NCBI GenBank assembly: GCA_051530055.1 | Contig: CM121341.1 | Span: forward strand, 15,912,784-15,976,783 | Direction of reading: 5' to 3' | DNA length: 64,000 nt | Source of the DNA: Neoechinorhynchus agilis | Taxonomy: Eukaryota > Animalia > Acanthocephala | Part shown: positions 33,900 through 45,700 of the stretch, piece by piece | Numbering within the stretch: position 1 is the stretch's first letter | Layout of the letters: every line of letters begins with the position of its first letter | Program-made: the position numbers and the translations under genes | Notes under the pieces: generated by a model | What the model saw: only the letters and a program-made list of their open reading frames with translations | Databases searched by the model: none | Told to the model about the DNA's origin: nothing

Positions 33900-35970
33900 A
33901 ATTACGAAGATTTTTTTAGGCAGTATTGTTTTCTATTTGGTTACTTTTCTTTACATTCACCACCTCCCACCAAATTCCAGCTTTTGTCCTTCCTCGACCG
34001 TCGCCATCACGCTGGCAGCATTGCCCCGTTGTACTGCCAGCGAGATATTTTGTCGAAGAAATAAGCCTGCTCTTGAGTCTCCGGTTGCCTCTCTCAATTT
34101 CTTCGAGAGATCCTTGAGCAGAGAGAGTGCCGAGCTGCCGAGCGCTCCATACGTCTCTACCCCAAAGGGGACAAAATAGTGAGCCCTCGATAGCTGCATA
34201 TATTTTCGTACCTTCCTCCCTTCCGCTGCACTGGCGGCACCACCGGCGATTTCGAGGGAGTAGGGGATGTTGCTGGCTGCGAGGGTGTCCACACACGTGG
34301 CGTCCCAGAGAAGGCATTTGCCCTCCCGCCACGGGAAGACCAAAATTCCATCGGGCCTACGGCCGTCTAGTCTGCAGAGGTGGGCGGGTTCCAGGATGTT
34401 CGGGAAGTTCGCCGTTCTCAACGCCCGAGAAATTACGTTATTGATTTCAGAATCGCGTGAAAACCTTCCTGCTGACCTTCTGCAGACGAGACCGTGTCGC
34501 CCGAAAGCATCAACCAAAGACCCACATCGACAGCGATGGGGCGTGCATATCGGGAGACCGAGTCTTAAGGATACTGCGATCCTCGTCACCTCGTCAGTAA
34601 GAAGAGTTCCCACAGATGCCAGAGGAACAGCCTCCAACCACGCTCCAGATTCTCGTGTAGAAACTGCCAACAGTCTAGCTCGGACGACCCCATCGCGAGA
34701 ACCTGAAAGAAGAGAGCTGTGAGCTCTCGCGACAAGAGGTCCGTCCCAGATCGACTGTCTGAGGCCATTCACGGGAACTTGGTTAGCGCCTGTCTGCTGG
34801 CACCATTCCTCAACCGCCACCACGAAATCCCGGTCAAGACAAAACTTTTCTTTCAAAATGTTCTTCGAGACTGGTAGGCTCCCCTCAAACGATCCAAGAA
34901 AGGCCGGCAAAGCAAGGTCGACTAGTGCCCGAATTCCCAATCCCCCAGATGACACAGGCAAAGAAGCTTGTCGCCACGCCTCATCTGAGAGCTGGACATT
35001 TAAAATACGCTCGAGGCAAGCCCTCACCTTATTGTCCAGCTTTGCCAATCCTTCTTTGTGTTTGAAAAATGTTGCTGTGCGAACCTTGTACAATAATTTG
35101 GGGATGAAGAGCGCGTTCTTTATGAGAAACAAGGCTTCATGAGCCGAGAGAGCGCACACCCTATCGCACAGCAACGAAAGTTTCGGTATGATATGGCCGA
35201 TCTCATCTTCCACATTTGAATCGAAGACACAACTGCCCAAGAGGCTGAGTTGTTCCCGAGTCACGAGTTTCAGACCTGGAGCTACGGCCTCGAACCCAGC
35301 CATTAGTTCTTTGACTTTAGCGGCGTCTCCAATATTCAGTACAAGGAGCTCACATTTTCCAGCATTAAGCTCAATGCCCATCTTCGAGGTCTCCCTAATC
35401 AGCGTCTCCAAATCGCGCAGTACAACGGAGGGATCACCTCCGAGCGTAGCGTCATCCAAGTACCAAGCGTTGAAGCTGGAATGGAGAGAATGCGCTATTG
35501 GGTTTACTGTTAGGGAGAATCCGATTGGACCGAGGGGATCTCCTTGCTGCACTCCTCTTTCGGACCAAATGAGGTGGTCTTCGAAAAGCAAAGGAATCGC
35601 CGTCCCGTAGGCATTGAGAAAATACTGGAAGGCTTCTGGTGCGTATATCGAAGTGATGACAATCGTGACATTACTGCAACTAACCTACGAACTAAAGTGA
35701 GCAAATTTTTGTCAAAAGAACTTATTCGCTCTTTTATTTTTGTGGTCAGAGATCCCCCAGAAACATCACCAGCGGAAAGCACTATCCTGGGGAACGCAAA
35801 GGGACGCATCCACGACAACTCTGAGTTAGTCTCGATGCAGTCTGTCATTAGAGAGGTGAATTTCTTTGCGGCCTGATAACGCGCGTCCCAGGGCATTCTT
35901 TTCAGAACGTTCCTAGGCAGAACTCGCACAATATTCTCTACAAATGGAATTTCGTTTTGTGCTGGTGATG
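33900..35970 (-). mobile_element. CRE-clade non-LTR retrotransposon: open 544-codon RT C-half + CCHC + RLE, with an internal deletion of the N-terminal RT motifs
   Basis: GVQQGDPLGP, WYLDDATL, CTPHRCRCG...RHGLVC, RLDGRRPDG...WDATCVDT, VETYGALG, SLAVQRGNAAS. Confidence 0.95.
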
Positions 35971-35979
35971 TCGTGATAC

Positions 35980-38240
35980 TATTTTGGCGCACACCATCAA
36001 TGGACTTCGGCAAGGATGACGATGAAACTTTACGAACTCTTCGTTCCAAACATCCGAGTGACGGCGGTCGGAAGTATTTCGTTAAATCCTTCTCCTTCGA
36101 TACGATCCCCTATGTTTTATCATCAAAATCAGAATTGAAGACCGCGATCTCCTCTTTTGCTAACGGATCAGCTCACGGGCTTGACGGGCTCCGGCACCAG
36201 ACTTCCTTTTCAGTAGATGACGCTGTTCAGTCCTTTGAACACGCATTGGCACGCCTAGTCGATTAATTTGCAGGGGTAGAGTTGATTCCAAAAGCAATTG
36301 AGCTATTTTTCTGCGCATCGCTGCACGCTCTCGTGAAAAAGGAAGCTGGGATTCGTCCCATTGCAATTGGAGCAACTATGCACCGCTTAACAGCAAAAAA
36401 TTGTGAATAAAAGGAACGCGGAAAAGGATGGATATAGCATCGTCCAACTCAGTTTGGCTGCTGTATACCTTGCAGCGCAGAAGCGATCATTCATTCACTC
36501 CTCATGTTCATCACCGGAAACTCAAAGCTGTGCGTAATCTTGAAATGTGATTTCAGAAATGCATTCAACACAGTTCACCGAGCAAAACTGTTCGAAGTAG
36601 TTAGAGATCAAGCACCAGAAGCATTTCGCTATTTCGTTAATGCCTATGGGACATCAACTCCCTTGTTGTTCAATAACCACATTTTGTAGTAAAAATGAAG
36701 AGTTCAACGAGGGGATCCTTTGGGCCCAACAGCCTTCCCACTTGCATCTCTCCAGTCCAGTTTCAACGGCTGGTACCTGGATGATGCCACGCTCGGAGGT
36801 AACCTCTCCGTAATCGTGCGCGATTTAGAGACACTCGTGAAGGAGGTGGCGAAAATTTACATTGAATTGAATGCTGCGTAATGCGAGATTTTAGTGATGA
36901 ACGTGGAAGATGAGGCGTCCAGGCAAACTATCGTGAAAGATTTTCAGAACCTGGCCCTTCTAGGAGGCTGCATTTTTTGTTTTAATTTTAAGGCAGAGAT
37001 TGCCAATCTTCAACCGCAACTTTCGGTACTGTGCGAACAAATTGACGAATTATCCTCACACGAGGTTCTGTTACCGATCATGAACACCTTCTTCATTCCA
37101 AAATTGCTGTATAAGCTGCGCACAGCACTTTCAAAATTAGATGCGACGGTGAAAGCCTCTCTCGAGAAAATTTTAAATATTCAGTTGTCGGACGAGGCCT
37201 GGCGTCAAGCGTTCTTGCCTGTGTCGTCCGGCGGTTTTGGTATCCGAAAAGCAGCCGAGATTTCTCTGCCAGCTTATTTGTGGTCGTATGAAGCAAGCCT
37301 GCGAGAATTACACTTTGGATGTCGATTTCGTGGAGGCTCTTAATAATAACACGTTTTATTAAAGCCAAAGGAATAGAATCAGTGTACCTTTGGGTCCTCA
37401 TGAACGCTTGAGTTCGGATTTTTTTAAATGAATGTGTCAGTTGATTTTGGAGTCTATAACAGGTGCGGTCGGGCGGGGAAATATCCAATCAGGTTAGGAA
37501 GGTTGGTGATTGAAAATACAAAAGGTTAGGAGAACCCATGTACCCTTGGGTCCTCATCCGTTAATATGGGAATATGCAGTCGAGGGATGCCCGTTCGGGG
37601 AGTAATATCTGGTTGGACGTCCGTTCGGGAGGTTAGCGAGCAGGGCCCCGTCAATGATTAATCCTGGTAGCGAGAATTCATAACTCCTTAATTTTAGATT
37701 CTCGTGACCTGGTGAACCGAACTCTATTGACGGCAGTCTCTACAAGAGAATCGGGTGCTTGGCTCAACGCTATCCCAATCGCCCCTGTTGGTACCCATCT
37801 CTGACGAGACAGTAAGGATTGCAGTGGCACTAAGACTCGGGGTACCGATGTGTACACAACATCGCTGCCGTTGCAGAGCCACCGTGGAACCATCGGGACG
37901 CCATGGTCTCGTCTGTCGGCAGTTAGACGGAAGGTACTCACGACACGCCGAAGTGAACGCAATTCTGAGTCGTGCCCTGAATACGGTGAATGCGCCCAGC
38001 ATCCTAGAGCCGAGCAATCTTTGCCGACTCGATGGCCATAGACCGGACGCTGTCACAATATTCCCGTGGCAAGAAGGAAAATGCTTTCTCTGGGACGCTA
38101 CACTCACAGCCAGCAAATACTCAGGCCGTTTAGTACCGCGGCGCAGGACCCGATCAAGCAATGGTCCAAGAAACTTAGACGAATCACTGATGATCCCAGG
38201 GCAATAGCATTCCTCCTGCAAAACTTTAGTCTGGCTGTGC
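35980..38240 (+). mobile_element. Decayed CRE-clade element (another subfamily), head-to-head with the previous copy, interrupted at ~37380-37660 by a PLE-like fragment
   Basis: SFANGSAHGLDGLR, GIRPIAIG, LKCDFRNAFNTV, WYLDDATL, CTQHRCRC, RLDGHRPDAV; many frameshifts. Confidence 0.85.
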
Positions 38241-38701
38241 AACGGGGGAACTTAATCATCCGCCCTTCAGACCATTACACCAAGACTTCAGCTGAGTGAT
38301 TCAGAGCGGTGGCGTGGATGTTTTAAAGATTGATATGTTACTACGCTTCAATCGCTGCTTTAAATACGCAAAGCTGAATTTTGAGGATCTTTAACGATCA
38401 CATAAATCCTAGGTCTTTAGAAAACTTAATTTGGATTTTTGAGAGGTGCCAAATATACCTTGAATTTAATATTCACTTGGTGCGGAAACTTTGCCTTCAG
38501 CTTTCTTAATTTTCATTAAGGCGACATGCGAAATCATTAACCACAGAAGCAGCAAGACGCTGCAGCCAATCAGCTTGCTTCGTTGCCTTTAAAATCGTAA
38601 CGTTGAACGCAATAATTGTGTTCATTCAGAAAGAATGATGATTCCATTGACTGGATAAAATTGTTCACAGTTTGTTCAAAACGAGCAATATATTCCATGT
38701 G

Positions 38702-39169
38702 ATGGGCGATAAAAACCTTAAAAAAGAACCTGATTATATGGTTGAATCAATAGAAGCGCCATCAAATGTGCATGGGCAGAACGTTGATAACATTCAAGCA
38801 CTAAGTGAAAGGCAGTCAAATTTATTGCAGCCAATCACGATAGGTGCTATCGTCGCCTTGCTCTTAAAAAGTAAGCGGGAAATCAAGCAACCATTTTCCA
38901 TACCAAACAGTGACCATGCGAATACAGTTGACAATATCTCAACGAAAAATCGCCGTAGAAGTTGGACAAGGCACAACTTTTCTAAACACGAAAAGGAACA
39001 TTTAGAGGCCGAGTTTGAAGTCAATCCGCGTCCCACTGAACAACACATGGCAAATATTGCTACGAAATTAGGTGTAAGGTTCAATACAGTAAAATTCTTT
39101 TTTCAAAACAAGCGGACAAAGCGCAATAAAAGTGAGGCCTTAAGAACAGCTTGTTCACGTAATAAATAA
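38702..39169 (+). CDS. Homeodomain protein with F48 (CUT-class: ONECUT/SATB-like); may have upstream exons
   Basis: RRRSWTRHNFSKHEKEHLEAEFEVNPRPTEQHMANIATKLGVRFNTVKFFFQNKRTKRNK. Confidence 0.8.
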   Translation: MGDKNLKKEPDYMVESIEAPSNVHGQNVDNIQALSERQSNLLQPITIGAIVALLLKSKREIKQPFSIPNSDHANTVDNISTKNRRRSWTRHNFSKHEKEHLEAEFEVNPRPTEQHMANIATKLGVRFNTVKFFFQNKRTKRNKSEALRTACSRNK

Positions 39170-40803
39170 ATTGAAAAGGCATTGTAATTGGTGAACATTA
39201 AATTGTTGTCTCGTGTTAACATCAATCATTATTTCCATCGATTATCCTTTATGCAAAGCATATTAATATTCCTGTGGGATTTTTGTGTTCATGTCAAATT
39301 AAAAAATGTTAGATCCTTGAAATTTAATCGGGATGTTATTGCGTTTCGCATATTATCGATCGAGAAAGCGTCTACTAAATTCGAAAAACTTGATGTCATA
39401 GCGTTCGCACATCAAATGTGACCAATCGTCCATTTCTTCATCTAAGATAATCAGTCGATAAATTTGAACTGTAGTGGTTATCATTACCATCATATTCTAA
39501 TTCAATCTAAGCGAAAAAGGCACTGTTACCTTCCATGGTTCCGAGCGTTACTTATTCTCTGTGTTAGACCGTTAGTCATTGAGACTTTATTCGATTTCCT
39601 GAGACAAAATACCAACTTATTTAAAATGTTCAATGTAAACAAATATTTTTATCCGTAGAATTACTAATATTGAAATGGTCTCACAAAAGCATTGTAATAA
39701 TGAGTTCGACTAGAACTTACAAGGCAGTAAATTTATCATTGACAACTATACAAGCTTCTCAAATTAAAGCAGAGATAGAATTCTTGGACAAGCCCTATGC
39801 CCTGTATTCGACCGTTTTCATTGCACTTAGAATGAAAAAAGCATCGGTACAGTGCAGTTTTCAGCCAAAATTAAAAAACAAATATTGTGTAGGAAATCGT
39901 GACTTTCCCCGGATTAACTTAAAAAACGCTATATCATATGAGATTCTACATAATTTGTGTGGGTAGAAATTTCTTCCAACCGCAATGGTTAACGTAACCG
40001 GGAACATTGGGTCGAGAATAAAAGTTGCTATAATCTACTTCAATTTTGCAACAAGCAACGCATAAAACAATGAGCTTCAATGCGGAACTTGATACACTGT
40101 GCTAAAGCGGTGACACAGTAATGCCTTTAAATAGTTGAGTTTAAAAACACTCCCCGTTATCTTCTACAAAGAAGGCAGTTCAATCATGTTCAAATAGAAA
40201 TGAAAGTGCTCGCAGATTATGGTCGTCGCTGAAAGTATGACCACCAAGATACAAGATTTATGGTTTTTGTTCGGCGCACATTAGCACAATATTTGCAGTA
40301 CCTTTTTGCCTCATCTAAGGCAAAAACGCCAAGCCAAAAACAGAAATCACAGACAAAATCTGGCTTCTCAGCACTAAGATGTTTATAAGAAGTAAATTAT
40401 GGTCTGTTTCATTAAGTGCTTCCAGCACGTTCCTTCAATTTTTCCGTCTTCCAAAATCCATCTAAGCAAACTGTACAGTATTTCAAGCAAATGGAGCTCT
40501 TTTTGTAAATGTGAGCGAAATTCGTAATTTAAGTATTCTATATTTAATGGTCGTAAAACGTATTTAAGTCGTATAATGTAAAACTTTTTAAAGCAAAAGC
40601 CTTTTCCGTCTTGTAAATTTCTTCAAAATGTTAATGTATACATAACCAATGAAACTTCAAAAATTACTTTATTTAACATAAAAACGCAAACCATCTAAGA
40701 TTAATCAATCTAACAACCAAGTAGATTCTATGCATTAGCATTCCTGAACCGAAACTGCTGGAAATACATTAGTCGCAATTTTTAATCCTTCGCTGCAAAA
40801 CAC

Positions 40804-42030
40804 ATGAAGGTTTCAAAGTCGCCGGGTGATTTGGCTGAGCTTGTAGCACAAGACTTGGGTTCATCCCGAAAACGATATTGCAATAGGTCTGCGTCCATCA
40901 AATTCGATCATTTCACACTCGTAAACCATTTATATGAAATCTCAGTAGAAAAAATCTTAAGTACCATCACAGCTAAGTCTCTACAAAACGAACACACATT
41001 ATCCCGAACATAGGAGTTGAAAATTATATATCTCGGGCAACCATCACTGTAGGCTTCAAGGGTAATATTACTAAGATCCATCCCTTAAAAACACTCAAAG
41101 CGTAGATTGGGATTTTTTGTCAACGATTTATCGCGAACGGTATCCAAAAGTGATTCGTTTCGCTTGCTGTCACAAATAATGACCGTTGATCGCAGAAATA
41201 ACGTTCAACTCTCAACGTATTTAAAATGCGAAGCAGATTTAAAATTAGAAAATTTTAAACAGCATTGTACGAAGGCTCACTTGCAAGGTTTTGAACCTCA
41301 AAAACTGCCACGCGTCAAGGTTCCTTCGCGTTTTGTTTAGCTCTGGGACCAGAATTTAGATTCTAATAGAAAATGGATTTATGCATTCATAATTTTCAGA
41401 TATCAGGCTTGCTTCATGTTCTGTTTGCTCGGTTACTTGTTTAACAGCACACTGAAACAATATTGCTCCTTTCTTGCAGATTTGCGAAACAAATGCCACT
41501 CAGATCGAAGCGTTCTTAAGAAAAAACTTTGTCGATTTCTTGAAATAACCACTATTCATTGAGGATGATATGGAGTATTTGTGTACATCGATTAGATAGA
41601 TTTATAACTGTACATGCATCAATGCGGCTTAGATTTTTTGATAAATCGATTTCTTTCATTCTCAGAAAACTAGCTACGATAACTACAACACGCGGAAAAG
41701 CATGACAAATTGGTACTTTTATTTCTTTGTCTTGGGAGATGCGGACTGTCAATGATTCCCGTTGCATAGACAGCGACAAACCCGTAACTCGCGAAACACG
41801 CTGAGCTCCCTGGAAACGCTTGTCTATGAGTAATGACGGAAAAGCGTTGGAACCATTCTTTGTCGATCCTGCCGTTGTTGCTGAGACGGCTATATTTGTT
41901 GTTGAAGAAAAACGTTAGCCTAGAAGAAGATTCGTTTACACTAATGAAAAGGTGTAAATTAGATAAGATTGCGACCAATGACTTTCAAAAGGGTCACTTT
42001 TATCCAGCAAAAAATGTAAGCGCCAAATGA
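40804..42030 (+). CDS. Possible unidentified multi-exon gene
   Basis: Series of short same-strand ORFs (40804-41013, 41107-41340, 41833-42030) and a ttcttgcag acceptor near 41479; no homology recognised. Confidence 0.2.
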
Positions 42031-42704
42031 CACGCTTTCAGGTACCAATTGGACAATGCCAACGAACCTTTTTCGACCTTGATTCATGCGATTAAATTTC
42101 AGGCCAAAGAAATTTCGATCTTGTAAACGTGTTTTTATGTGGCGTAAAAATTGGGGTAGTTTATTTATTGAATCCTCAAGCAATTTTAGAAAAGGCACAA
42201 TATTATGCCTAAATATCGGAATCAATAATTTTTTTTAATTTTTCCGCCATATAAAAACATAAACAATTCAATCTTCAAACGATCTTGTAAACATCCAGCG
42301 AACTTGAAAACGTGACTGATGAGAACTAAAGTTTCCAAAATAATGGAACCACCCGGGCGTCTAAGTTGTCAAGAATTTCGTCAGACTTTCTTTTAAAAGA
42401 ATTCCCCCATTTTTTGGCTTGCTTCACTCCGTCAGGACTTAATGCACCCGCAAGATCCGCTCAAACCGCGATGAATGAAAATCTTTCAGGTCGTGAATGT
42501 CCGTATCATCAGGGTACTCAAAAATATACTTAATCTCCTTAAAAGGCATTCTACCCAACAACGCTAAAAGTCTTCTTGTAACCAAGATTCCGGATGATCG
42601 CAGGAATCATTTTGCCTCCGTCATTAATGTTTTGTCTTCTTTCGTGCTTTAGGACTGTGTCTGCAATTAAGAATGCAGGATAATCCTTTACTAAATTTCA
42701 GAAA

Positions 42705-45700
42705 ATGGAAAAGGCGGAGGAGGCTCAATCAAAAAAAGATCATGAAACGTCAAGTGAGGAATCGTTCACACTTCGCATTAGGTACAGTCTTAATCGATCT
42801 TTGAACTCTCCGAACGGACCGACGTCTTCGCCGACCGAGAGAATAATCGATCAGAAAGTCATGAGTGGTCAACTCGTCCAAGAACTTATTCAGGTTCTCA
42901 TGGACCGCTCAGAAACGTGCCATAAGTCATGCTTTTTGTTGAGACTACCCGACGGCAGCCCTCTCGAGAATTTCGCTGAAATTTCTTCGTTCAAGCAAAT
43001 TCAACAAACCGATGTTGTAATTGACATGACTGACGAACCCTATTCGCCTCGAGATATCCGAGCTCACGTTCTGCATATAAATGAACTCATTTGGTCAACG
43101 GTTAAATGCGACGAGGACTCTTTTAATGGATATGCCGGCTATTCGCCTTCATTTCTGCCTAGTGCTCTTAGTGAATCCGATCCTGGCAAAGTAATCGATC
43201 CCGATCAGTTGCCTGATCACAAGACGAGTGTTTCACTTAAAAACTTAATGCAGGAATCCTCGATAGCCAAAAGATCTTGGGATTTAAATGTCTCACTGAC
43301 CGTCTTTTTTGAGAATTGCGTTTAAAGTGCTTCTGTGGCGCCGATCGAAGACTGTGAACTACATTTATCGAATGGCGACCTATAAAATATCTAGATGATC
43401 GAACTATTTCTTAAGCATAATAATCCAGCCTGGTAGGTTCATTTGAACTCCCGTTCGATGCTTACAGTGTGTGGCATTATAGCAGTAAAGCTTCCTTTTT
43501 CCATTTAATTTTCGTACCCTTTAATTCTTTTTGAGGCATCCAATCTGTTGATTTGGCGTACTCTCTGTTGAACGCGGCTTTGTCTACGGAAATGATTCAT
43601 ACGTGAGTAATAACAAATAACGAAATAAATTCTTTTTTGAGAAAGTGTATTGAGGTTTATGTCTACCTTTACGATCAAATCTATCAAAAATAATACGTTA
43701 GGTGCGACACTTAATCTCGTCTAAATGCGAACCGCGTCTGTATTGTAACTGGGATTTTTAAGAATGTACATTTTGCAATTTAAGGACACTAAGAAACCAA
43801 TTTTTGATTAACAGCGTAAAAATTGAACTGTAATTTCTTTTAAAAGTCTAGCAAGAATTCCTGCCTATTTCATCGATCACGCAATCGCCACTCGCGTGAT
43901 CCTGGCTCACTAGACAGCTCTCTACCTGTTCATATCAGCTACAGTGGATGGAACCCTCCGCTTCCTTACAAGAGATTACATGGTGACCTTGCCTACCTTT
44001 GCATTCAAACAAATCCATGGAGTTCAAAGGCATCCAGTCGCGTCCTTCACGTAACGGCATGTTCTCGAGGATTTTTCATCAATCAATGCACGAACGAAAC
44101 CTTCGATCCCAATCCAGCAAATGGCCGAACAATCTTCCATTCAATTGTCGACCTTCTGATGGTCAATTGTCCCGACTTCCGCAAACAATGGCGGAGGATA
44201 TTGGATATGCGGAATAACCTCAATCCTCTCGTCCGTTTGCCCGTTTCCCCAGTACCTGAATTCAGCTGGTTATGCCCTCGAATAAAACCGTCGTTCGATC
44301 TAATGCGAGCCAATTGCGCCGAAATTCAACCGATTCTACTTTACAGTGATTTATCTGTTGCTCTGTGTTCACCTGTTGGTCAAAATCGCGATTGGAATGA
44401 AGAACTGCAGGCAAGTCACGAACTTCCTTGCGACACAGCTCAACAACAACTCATTTATGATCGCACAACGTTTCGAGTGATGTGCGACTTTGTAGGAACT
44501 GCAGTCAGATGTGCCAAGACTGCGGTTGAAGGTCAATTACCGAGCATTAACCCAAGTGATGCCGTGTGCCAGCAAATGTTTATTCACAACAATCTCTTTA
44601 TCAGTTTCGGTTTTGATGTCAGAGATCATTATGCAAGCCATGGAGGTAACGAAGCGGCCCATGCTGCTGCCAGGTATGATATTAGAGGAATCCAGGTTTT
44701 GGAGGATATGGCTTGGGCTGCCCGGACCAATAACGAAATTCTGGATGATTTTAGAACAGTAGGTACAGTCGTAGTTGATTACGGCGGTTATAAAACACGG
44801 GAATCGTCTCATTTTTTCGGAGGTTGCATTGAAATCGAAACATGTATTTGTCACGAAATCAGTTAGTTAAAATTGCTCACCTCTTGAAGTCTCCAGCCCT
44901 TGCATTTGGCGCTACTTTGTAGTAGCAATTCGAGTCGATTTACCGTGAAATAGAGTTACCGTCCAGTCGATAATTCCTGGAATTTTAGACAAAGAACAAG
45001 ATAAGAGTGTAGTGTATGGTTCGGTGAATTTCGGTAAATCATTTGTAGATAACACTGAACTAGCTGAAAAATTAAACGCGATCGCTGATAAGATGGGTAT
45101 GTCTGAACAGGAGATTTTATGTGGCAAATTTGAAGAAAATCCAACGAGTGAGTCTAGCGAAAAAGACCTGAAAGCAGTTAAAGTTCGAGTGCCGGTCGAA
45201 TGGAAAGTAATTCACGGCAACGACGGTCGTCACTACATTTTAGATCTTATAAGAGTTACTCCCCCAGATGCTAACTGGCTCGGTACATCAACAAATTTTC
45301 CGGCAACCGAGTACCCCCACAAATTGGCAAGTCTCAGAAGTGAGTACTTTGAAGGACTAATTCGTCGAAATCCCAATGAAAAGTACAACTTTAACATGTT
45401 TCAACCTTTGGTTCGATTTAGTGGTGACGTTGATGGTGTTGACCAGATTAAAGAGATCGCTAGGAATTTATGCGAGGAAGTAGTACCATCATTTGTAAAG
45501 GCTATCCTGTCGTCCTATACTACAATGGATCCATCGTCGTCGATGTTGCTAGTGCCGTTAGATGGGCAACAGTTGACCGATACAATGCACTTGTTTGGTT
45601 TGAATGTCCGGTACCTGGGTGAAGTTTTTCGGTGTATTAAGGGAATGGCAGGCGATGAGTGCACTGACGCGAGCAGTTCAGATATCGAGAACATCGATTC

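Noticed and set aside
33916-36375. Numerous overlapping ORFs on both strands in CRE regions (also 19172-20960, 37678-38299, 52358-53376)
   Set aside because: Antisense or alternate-frame shadows of GC-richer retroelement coding sequence.
40000-40500. Possible DNA-transposase remnant
   Set aside because: No DDE motif or terminal repeats recognised.
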